NCBI GenBank assembly: GCA_027604505.1
Contig: JADIIX010000055.1
Span: 124,001 to 144,030, forward strand
DNA: 20,030 nt
Direction: 5' to 3'
From: Gonapodya sp. JEL0774
Lineage: Eukaryota
Every line of letters starts with the position of its first letter. Positions within the stretch are counted from its first letter, which is position 1. Shown here piece after piece: positions 10,426 to 19,384 of this stretch. The notes beneath the pieces were generated by a model. It did no database searches. It saw only the letters and a program-made list of their open reading frames with translations, and was not told where the DNA came from. The translations under genes and the position numbers were made by a program.

Positions 10426-13400
10426 ATGACATCTCCCAAGGGAACTCCTACTGTGACTTCGCCCTCGGCTTTCTTTGATGCTAACGCACTTGTGGATGAA
10501 ATTCCCCTGAGCGATTGTTTCGATGACGATCCAACTTTCAGGCGAAGACTTGCGGCCTACGAAAAGAATGCAGTGGCACTTGAGCAGGCACTCAAAGCCT
10601 TAACGAGGGTGCGTGTTTTCCGTGGAGATTAGTGGTACTCGGTGTTGGTATGCTCGAAGGGATTGCAGTCTGGATCGAAAGACGGCAAAAGGCATTTGAA
10701 GACACATTGCACAACACGTCGATATTGGATACAAGACATGCGATTGTGTTAATTTGGGGATTCTGCTAATTCAGGAATAATGAAAACGTTAGCCTAACTG
10801 AATTGTCGACATTGGTCATCAACATCCCCAGTCTGCAGTCGCTTCGGTAGATGCAAATCGTGCCCTCGCGATGCGCCAGACCCAGCTTGCACAAGATCTC
10901 GGCGCCCTTGCAGAAGTTGGTGTGTATTGCGAAACAAGAGGTGCTGGGTAGCTGAGGTGATAGACCAGATACGAAAATTTGAAGCAACATTCCTTGGTGA
11001 TAAACTTGGATGGCTCAGTCGGTCCCACGTTGACAAGACATCTTTTTGGGAGAGATGGCACGGAATCTCTCCAGTCCGAGTCAGTTGCTCAGAGTGACAG
11101 AAGAAAGTTATCAGGACTCTGCGTCAAATGTGATGATGCTGCACCCTGTAGGGAGCTTGCGAGAAGTGCCATTATACACAATTGGATTCGCTCTGTGTTT
11201 CTCGTTATAGCACTGCGAATTGGATCATCACTGCCTTAATGGCTGGGGATTGCGTTTTTACAGTGCTGATTCAAAGAACTGGGGGAAACAAATGTTGATG
11301 TGACTCTGCGCATTGACGCCGTCGCCAGTTCGTGGATGTGGGTGACCGCCCGTCCAACGGGGTTGCAAGGCTGGTCAAGGCTACGATTGTGGAAACACGT
11401 CTGCAGTTTCTCGGAAGCGCGGCGCTTCCCCTGTTGTCAATTTAACTTGTTGAAGCAGAGAACCCTACGCATTGGCGTTAGTACTGACCTTCCCATCCCC
11501 TCCCTGCGACATTCCTCCACCCAAACACCCAAATTTGTCTCAAAAGAATCCTCTGACCCCATCATTGGTTGGTTGCTTCCACCTCATTTTTTACTTCAAC
11601 CTGACGGTCCTTCTTTTTATCTGACACTGGCTGCTCACTGTGCTTAGTGAAATCTTTGAATCGCTTTCGCGCCACCTTCCAAGATATGGACGTTGCCCGA
11701 TCTGGCCTGGAGGAACAAGTCGAGCGACTGTTCGTGGAGCCAGTTGAGGACTTTGTGACGGAAAGGGTTGGGACTGTTAAGGTACGATTCCCACAAAGAG
11801 AACCTCCCAGCTGGTGTTGTGGACCGAAGATGCGAGTTTCGAAGCATGGACAGCGGAGAAGAGTGAACACCAATTTCAGCAGCACTTTTTCTAGTCCTTG
11901 CTTTGAAGTCACACCTCTGATTGTACTCCTTCGTGAACACAGAAACTCGCCGCAACTCACCGCTCAGCTTCCTCCGCTTACGAGTCCGCACTCGCTCGGT
12001 ACCTTGCTCGATCTCCCAAGGACCCGCAGCTCCAACATGCACAAGGTAGCCAGGAGGTAGCAGAAGGTGGATACATCAGCTTTTTCGATTTTGTGATGGT
12101 CTGCGTGACACCCCATGACCGACCGACGTCAGCCCGTAAATCTCAGCATCGTGCCGCACTAGAGCACGTGGCAAAACTGAATGAATTACAAGCGAAGAGA
12201 AAGTTTGAGGTGGCAGAGTCCGTGAGTTTGCTGAAGCGCCTGGTTGGAAGTATCTGTTCCCACTTCCGCACGCACTTCCCCTAATTCTACTTCAATGAAA
12301 ATTGTCTCGCGAATTTTTTATCAGCTTATATCACTTGTTTACTCCCATTTCGCGTTCCACCACCAAGCGTATGAGCTCCTCCGGGATGTTGAACCCGCGC
12401 TCCGAGATCTGGCAGCGCACGCAACGGAGCTGAGGGACGTGTGGACCCATCGAAGGACTCCAAGTGTGGCGGATATGATGGCCGTACGTTGATTTGTGCG
12501 CCACAGCGGACACATGGATGTGGAAATCATAGGTTGCAAATGTTCTGCTTCCAACCTCCTTAGTCGACCAAACATCTCTACGACCCTGCGAATCCCCGGC
12601 CGCCACTCAGGGAGTTGAACCCACTCAGTCCCAAGAAGTCCGGGTACCTCTATAAGAGAAAGGTATCCCGGTTGCGAGGAGCGTCGTGGCTTCGCAGGTG
12701 GTGGGAGGTGGATGGTGCGAGAGTAGGTTATGTTGCAGGTGTTGGGAAGGGATGGATGGGAGGTGAGGGGGAGGTGGAGGAATCACGGGCGAAGGTGGGT
12801 CAGCGCAAAGGGTGTACTTGAGAGTGAATGTCGACTTGGTTCGTTCGATTCTCAAGTCTGATGGAAACCAACACTTTCTGTCATCTCACTTTCAAAATTT
12901 CTAGGACTTCAAGTTTGTGGCCGTGGATATGCGATTATGTATGGTGCGCGACATGCCCGACGCGGACAGAAGATTCTGCTTTGAGCTTGTATCCCCGCTG
13001 CGGTGAGTGGGGTGTATGCACTGACAGTGATGGATGTGCCGGCCTATGGCGGCTTCGTGGCCCAGTATCACCTCTGACTTGGTGTCACCTTAACCTCGGG
13101 CAGCGGTTATGTCCTTCAAGCTGAGAACGAATCCGATTTTTTCGAGTGGATGAATGCGATGCAGCAAGCTATCGGGCGTGCACTGCATGTGGAAAGACCG
13201 GAAGAGGCCGTGGGTCAAGCCACCGTCAACGTGGGTTCACAAAGATGCGGACGAAGAACGTCCTCAGCACGGTTTGAAGCTGACGTCTTATCTTGCCTGC
13301 ACAACGGGTGCAACTGGAATTCGTTCAGGCGATGGCTCAGCAATCACTTGTCGACGAAGCGGTGGTGAAGAAGATCATCCAAGATGTCGCAGGGTATGGA

Positions 13401-16020
13401 CAGCCGCTTTATTTACCCTGATACTATTCCAGTGACAACCCCATCACCATCGTGTTCTTTCCACCCTACCGTGTGACCAGCAACGAGTATTGCGCTGACT
13501 GCGGCGACTCTTCCCCGACATGGACCTCGATCAATCTCGGTCTCACCCTTTGCATCACATGCTCAGGGATTCACCGTGGTCTGGGCCGTCACGTCAGCAA
13601 GGTACGGTCATTGGGATTGGATAGGTGGGAAGCAGAAATGGTTGAGGTATGTTTGATTTAGTCAGTTGTGGTTGAGGTCTGCAAGTCTTGCTTCTTAAAA
13701 AAATTCGGCAATGGACGGCACTGGCTTAATGTGGCAGATGATGCAGAGGCTGGGGAACAACGCCGTGAACGAGATTTTCGAGTCGACGTGAGTACATGCG
13801 AGTTGGCTTTGAAGCATCCGAAAGAGAAAGCGCTCAACAACGTCCATCTGATTGAAATAGCCTTCGAACCGGAACACCTGTGCCTGTGCCGGCCAGACTC
13901 GAGGTCCCGAACGCCAAATCGGACAGGTTTGTTGTGCTCCTTTGGTATTTTCAGACGACGGATCGTTTCGCTTGCATTGCTCATCTGCGCTACCTGAACA
14001 AACACCACCACGTCCCACACCCAGGGCCACCAAGGAGCTGTTTATCCGTGAAAAGTACCTGAACCGATCTTTTGTCCGAGCGGACGCGACCAGCAACTTC
14101 CTCGCCAAGTCCGTTCACGAGTACTTTTGGGACTCGGTGTCAAAGGGAGACTTGGTCGGAGGGCTCAAGTACATTGCCCTCCAAGCAGGTGAGGAATCGT
14201 GTGGTGTTTGCGTGGGCCCTGTGAGACGGGCCTGCTGCCGCACGTTCGCCCCCGTGGTGGAGAAACGGGTCATTCACCAAGGCAACCCCCCCNNNNNNNN
14301 NNGGTGTGTGTGGGGGCCCGGGTCTTGGGGAGCGGCCTGCCCCGGGCCCCCCGGTTTGTGTGTTTTGTCGGCATCCAAATCCCACCCCCCCCCCCCCCCC
14401 CCCCCCCTCGAAACCCCGTTTTCATTGCGCAGACGTCAACTGGGAGAACCCTTCGGCGCGCCACGCGACGGCCTTGCACAGGACGGCTGCCGTGGGGGAC
14501 GCGCCTGGCACCGAGTTTTTACTGCAGTGGGGTGCCAAGGTGGACGTCTTTGACGAAGATGGGCGGAGTGAGTTGTTGCGAAGAAAACTGTTTTTTTTTT
14601 TTTTGTTTCTCTTTTCCTTTTTTTTTTTGGTTCTTGTTTGTGGTTGGTGGGGGACGTACAGGTTTGGTTTGGTGCTCAACAGTTCCGCGTACCCTTGTTT
14701 CCTTCTTTTTTGGGTTCTGCTCGCTCGAAAAGCACCACTGCACGAGGCGGTCATGTCGGACGATGCTCGGCTGGTGGTGATGTTGCTGAGGAGAAACGCG
14801 GCGGTCGATGTGAAGGACTCGGAGAACAAGGTGAGCTGTTCCGCAACGTCGGTCGTCGGGGGACGAACGTGGGTGTGGACTGGGGGATGGATGGCCCCCC
14901 CGCGTCCGATCCGGTCCGGTTCTTACACACACATACCGCGGACAACCCGCTGACCCGCACCTTCCCCGCCCTCCCCCCTCCCACGCACCCACGTGCCGCC
15001 CCTCGTTTTTAGTCCCCCCTTGACCTTGCCCTTGACGTCCCGAACCCCAACTCGACCATCATCACCACCCTCCAGATGGTTCACTTCCACAAGACCGAGA
15101 CCGGGAGCAACCTGTCGCTCGAAGACATACTCTCGCTGGCGTCGAGCTCGTCCACGCCGTCGTTGAGTCGCAAGGGGACCAGGAGGAAGGGGCAGGGGAA
15201 GGCGAAGGTGGGGGGGGCTGGGGCAGGGGCGGGGGCGGGAGCGGGGGGAGGAGGAGGGGGAGGGGGGGGGGGAAGTGTCTCGGCGCACCAATACCGACAG
15301 CAGCAGCTACAGCCCACCTCTGCCCGGTCCGTCACGCCGACCAACCCGGACCCCTCTGGGCCGTTCCCGCCTGGCCCCGCCGCCGCCCGCGGGGAGGGGC
15401 AGGGTGACCCCACCCGGCCCCGGTGGGACGACGGAACCGGGCCCGGACCCGGACCCGGGCCCGCACCGGGACCCGGCGCGGGGTACATGTCCCCCCTGGA
15501 CGACGTGGACGTGCTGGGGAGTAACGTGTGGGCCGGACACAGTCCGTCTGCCGCCGCGGCCGTGTCCACACCCGTGTCCGATTCCAAGCGGCTCCCCACG
15601 CCGCCGCTGATGGGACCTTTGCCCGATCCGCCGGCGCTCAGGGGGGTGCTCAAGGGGGGGCGGAGTGGGGGTGGGGCAGGTGGGGAAGGCGGGACGGTAA
15701 CGGGAACAGGCAAGGGCAAGGGAGACGTGATGGCGGGGGTGAAGGTGCCTACGTTGTATGCGGTGGCGAACGCGAGGGCAGGGGAGGGGGCGGGGGGTGG
15801 GAGCGAGAGCGGGAGCGGGGATGGGGAGTCGCGGGAGGGTGAGACGACGGAGAGCGAGATGTATACCGAGGAGGAGGAGGAGGATGAGGAGGAGGAAGAA
15901 GATGAGGATGAGGAAGAGGAAGAAGGAGAAACCGAAGAGGAAGGCGACGAGGTGGGGGAGGGGGAGAGGGAGCGGGAGCAAAACACGAACGGTGCGGGTG
16001 CGGGTGCGGTCGCGGGGACT

Positions 16021-16055
<35 letters not shown>

Positions 16056-16197
16056 GGACGCGACCGGGGAGGAGGGTGACGGTGAGGGGAACGGTGGACA
16101 CCACAAGCGCGGCAATGGAAATGGAGGGGTAGAGGTGGAGGACGATCCTTTCGCCAAAGTGCGGATTCCAGAGGTGGTGGTGCCAGATGTGAAATGA
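10426..16197 (+). CDS. ACAP/centaurin-beta-type ArfGAP (BAR-PH-ArfGAP-ankyrin) with low-complexity C-terminal tail, about 1060 aa; 18 exons: 10426-10608, 10832-10919, 11547-11567, 11648-11781, 11943-12066, 12133-12221, 12325-12483, 12564-12794, 12905-13002, 13104-13230, 13329-13393, 13481-13646, 13738-13787, 13861-13926, 14025-14188, 14433-14567, 14733-14830, 15013-16197
   Basis: BAR: DCFDDDPTFRRRL and KLNELQAKRKFEV. PH: KKSGYLYKR, DMRLCMVR..DRRFCFELVSP, YVLQAENESDFFEWMNAM. ArfGAP zinc finger: GNEYCADC-x16-CITCSGIHR..HVSKVRSL, then LGN and KELFIREKY. Ankyrin repeats: ADVNW..TALH, TPLHEA, SPLDLA. Exon phases are consistent (3183 nt). The donors at 10920 and 13231 and the extent of the last exon are less certain. 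Confidence 0.88.
14293..14302. other. Assembly gap (10 N) inside ArfGAP intron 15
   Basis: Run of ten Ns next to a C-run and GT/G-rich sequence. Confidence 0.99.
14385..14407. repeat. Poly-C homopolymer (23 nt), intronic
   Basis: Read directly from the sequence. Confidence 0.95.
15868..15942 (+). repeat. GAG/GAT/GAA-rich coding repeat encoding an acidic poly-E/D tract
   Basis: Encodes EEEEEDEEEEEDEDEEEEEGETEEE in the last ArfGAP exon. Confidence 0.85.
16021..16056 (+). repeat. (GAGACC)5 plus GAGACG hexanucleotide microsatellite encoding ET repeats
   Basis: Read directly from the sequence. Confidence 0.95.
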
Positions 16198-16754
16198 AGG
16201 AGCATGGGGTGGGATCGGGGTTGGGGGTGGGAGGACGGAGGTTGCCCATTTTTTTTTGGTTTGTTTTGTTTGTTGTGTAGGAGAATGACTGTGACGAGTG
16301 GACTTGTGGAGCGACCTAGAATCGTAGATTGTAGCAGAGGGTGGGTGTGGGAAGGGGAGGCTGCGTGACTGCGACTGTGTAACTTGAGTAGAGAAAGGTG
16401 CATGGGATGTGACATTTGTGACTCCGTGGGGCGTGCAGCGACGGAGGACCCGAATATGAACAAATAATCCATTGCAGGCGTGAGTCGTGACGGTGACCAG
16501 GCTCAGGGTACCGACGACGTTGTAAACTGTAGTGGATGATGAGACAAAGTCGAGACGTCGGTCGTCAAGTGAAATATTGAAAGTGGGGCGGGTGGGTGGG
16601 TGGGGGGTGGGGAAAGGGCGTGTGAACTGGTGGGACAAGGGAGTGGTCTGTGGTCATGTTCTGTGGGAACTGGAGTCTGGGACACAGCAGGACCATGGAG
16701 ACAACAGTTATACAACAGTATGTGGACAACTCGGGTCGAATTGAAAGTAAAAGT

Positions 16755-16797
16755 AATCAAATAAATAAATCAAATCAAATAAATAAATCAAATCAAA
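16755..16797. repeat. 18-bp AT-rich tandem repeat (AATCAAATAAATAAATCA x2 plus partial copy), possible 3'-end/polyadenylation region of the ArfGAP gene
   Basis: Exact copies at 16755-16772 and 16773-16790 contain AATAAA hexamers. The functional role is an inference. Confidence 0.8.
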
Positions 16798-18063
16798 ACC
16801 TCTTGTTGGAGTTAGTTGTTGTTCAAGAACAAACCACCCCCACGACGGACAGGGGCGCTGTGGGCTGTGGGGTTGGATCCAGCCAAGACCAGCGTCCTGC
16901 TTCCAGAGAATGAATTCGCTCTGATTCACTCCAGGCTTCTCCCACAATTGAATCAATACACATCCCCAATTCACCCAGGCGACACCCGACCTCCCTCTCA
17001 TAGTAGGTGGCCTGCGTCGTTTTTGATTCTGCCGTTTTATCCGGACCACCTCTCTCCCAGGAGACTGTGAGACGGTGCAGATGCTGCTCCATGTCCTCTG
17101 CATCACTGGGTGAACCCTTCCCTTTGAGAGACCGCGTCTTTTGAACCTGCTCCTCCTCTGTCAACCTGGCGAACCCTTTCCAAGATGAGGATTTTTGCTA
17201 CTGCAAAGTTCCAGGGGTCGCTAGTGCTAGTGTGCCAATGTGGAGTCTGACGATAATCTTACCATTCCGAACGAAACACCCGACCCGCCGATAACCACCA
17301 CCAGTCGATCCCCCCCGCCACTCTGCCTCCAATTTCCGAATGATTTCGGTGCAGTTTCTCGTGGATTTGCGCAAGCCCGTGTTCTGATGTTGTGTAATGT
17401 TGTATTTACCGCTCGTCTAATAGAGCCTAATGACGAAAGTCCAGCAAATGTTGATGCAGCTGTGAGTCGTTATGCACGCTTGCACATGTACACACATAGT
17501 GCAGGCGAATGGCCGTTCTGGGTGAGAGCACAGACTGGACGGTGGTTGTGGTCCTTGGGCTGGCATACAAATTGAAGTACTCATGGGGCAATAATTAAAT
17601 ATAGATATTTAGGTAGGTATAGGTATTTCCTATCATTTAATTTTCATTGTAGTAGCCTTCTCCATGCAAGTCTTGTGGCTTCCCAACTGGCAGATCAAAC
17701 AAACTGTGGTGGCTGTGGTCCCAGATGTGGGGTGTGTGTGAGCGACACCCGGACAGATATCCATCCATCGACCACGTGAGTGGGACAGCGGAGACTAGAG
17801 GGGCACAGCGACTGCGGAGACTGCAGGACACAGCGAGCACCGAGTGGGGAGGGATGGGGGGGAATGGGGGATTGGGGCAGTGGTGGAGTGGGCACGCTGC
17901 ACACGGGGGCATCTGCAACAGCCACAACAGCACGCGGGGTTCAAGCCCAACAGGACGCGCACTCGGCGACAGGAAGGAAGGAAGGAAAGAAGGAAGGAAA
18001 CAAGACCGGCAAAGGGCGAAAGGGGGAAAGGGGGAAAGCACTCGGCTGCACACCCGGTTCGCG

Positions 18064-18209
18064 GTTCTTTCAAGTCCTCCTTCCCTCTCCCGCCCTTTCA
18101 TCTCAACCCCCCTTCCCATCCCTTCCCTTCTCTTCCCCTTCGTCTTCCCCCTTCCCCATCCCAGCTCCCTCCCCGACCTTTTACCCCTCCCCCCCTCCTC
18201 TCCACCATA
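18064..18209 (+). promoter_or_regulatory. Pyrimidine-rich leader/TSS region of RPL28 (5'TOP-like)
   Basis: About 145 nt that are almost entirely C/T lie immediately upstream of the ATG, preceded by a GGAA-repeat purine tract (17971-18000). Ribosomal protein genes commonly start in pyrimidine tracts. Confidence 0.4.
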
Positions 18210-19384
18210 ATGTCCGCTGACCTCGTCTGGCTCATTGTCCGTAAAAACAACTCGTTCCTCGTAAAGAGAAACGGAATCCAGCTCTCCTCGGAACCCGGAA
18301 ACTTGTCCAACTTGCACTCGTTTGCCGCGTCCGGAATCGCAAACCCAAAGGTATGTATGCCCGCCTGAGGTGAGCGAACCGAACCGGAGGCCGGCCCACC
18401 GCGAGCGTCCATATGGGCTGCACCAGTTTACCCAATTTGATTTTTTCATGGTCAATATGGACCAGTTTACCCTTTGACTCATGGACACACCCTCCCAACA
18501 CTCACCCTCCCATTGAACCCCGTCCCACCACCCACCCCCCTTTTCCAGACCATCGACGTCTCCCCCCTCCCCGACAAGAAGACCGGTGTCATTGTCACGC
18601 TCAAAAAGACCCGAGGCGTGGACTCCCAACCCGCCGCCACGCCCAGCTCGGTCGTCCTCGACCACGGCGCCAGGGGAAACTCGTTGGCGCTGAAGAAGAT
18701 TGCACAGAGTTATAGGGGGGATCTGTCAAAGGTGAGTGCGAGCAGTACCACGAGAGGCGGCCGGAGGTCCGCGCGAGCGACGGTCCAGACCGATGGGAGG
18801 GAGTCCGCCCGAGGCGAATTACCTACCCCAACTAGGCTCGGCTCACCGAGCCGCGTGCCGCGAGTTTGGCAACCACACCACACACACACACACACACACA
18901 CACCCGTACCTCGCCGTACGCACCAATTTGCTAGAGCCCTCTCGCTTCTTCCCCGTGCGAGTTCTGGGCGTTGTATTCGGTGCAAGAGCGAAGTCCTGGT
19001 TCTGGGCAGTGGACCTCGACCCCATACGGGGACTTCGAGCGTGCCGCAATCATAGATTTGGGCGACATTTCATTTTTAATTTTCTCCTTGTGGGGAACGT
19101 GGGGTCTGGTGTGTGCTGTGGGGTCGTGGTGCGCCGGGTCGCGCTCAGGATCCCCAGTTCCGTTTGTCGTTCCAACAGTGCCTTGTGTCATCATTCTCAC
19201 ATTCTTTTCTCCTCCTCCTTCTTTCCCCATCCCTACCGTTCCCCTCCATCCGCCCCCATCCCCTGCAACTGTGACGCAGCCCGCCCTCGCCCGCGTCACG
19301 GCCCTCCTCCGCGCCCACAAGGCCCCCCGTGTTCACAAGGAGAAGAAGGGCGTGCGGGCGGCGAAAAAGGCTGGGAAGAAATGA
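18210..19384 (+). CDS. RPL28: 60S ribosomal protein eL28, 142 aa; exons 18210-18350, 18549-18731, 19280-19384
   Basis: The spliced translation MSADLVWLIVRKNNSFLVKRNGIQLSSEPGNLSNLHSFAASGIANPKTIDV...YRGDLSKPALARVTALLRAHK with a basic C-terminus matches the eL28 family pattern. Introns are phase-0 GT-AG. Confidence 0.93.
18879..18902. repeat. (CA)12 microsatellite in RPL28 intron 2
   Basis: Read directly from the sequence; it lies immediately upstream of the snoRNA. Confidence 0.95.
18918..19070 (+). ncRNA. Intronic box H/ACA snoRNA (predicted guide for LSU rRNA pseudouridine equivalent to yeast Psi2191; second pocket possibly U2347)
   Basis: Hairpin 1 (GCACC 18920-18924 / GGTGC 18979-18983; upper stems GCCC/GGGC and CTCGC/GCGAG) is followed by an H-like box AGAGCGA (18985-18991). 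Hairpin 2 has an upper stem GTGGAC-CTCGA-CCCC/ATAC/GGGG-TCGAG-GTGCCGC, then ACA (19065-19067) followed by TTT. The pocket strands CTGGGCA and AATCATA are complementary to LSU UGUGAUU-U-C-UGCCCAG. The ends are approximate. Confidence 0.8.

Noticed and set aside
10984..11225. U14 snoRNA-like fragments (TTCCTTGG; ACTGCGAAT) in the ArfGAP long intron
   Set aside because: The fragments are on inconsistent strands and are not arranged between C and D boxes as in U14.
14293..14302. Chimeric scaffold join at the N gap
   Set aside because: The flanking exons (ending 14188, starting 14433) join in the correct phase and continue the ArfGAP-to-ankyrin sequence. Read-level confirmation is still lacking.
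15081..16638. Long minus-strand ORFs (463 aa and 443 aa) antisense to the ArfGAP last exon
   Set aside because: These are stop-poor shadows of GC-rich low-complexity coding sequence (poly-S/P, SV repeats) with no domain signal.
17637..18665. 342-aa minus-strand ORF and the other overlapping ORFs around RPL28
   Set aside because: They overlap the well-supported RPL28 exons and pyrimidine leader, reflect repeat composition, and show no recognisable motifs.
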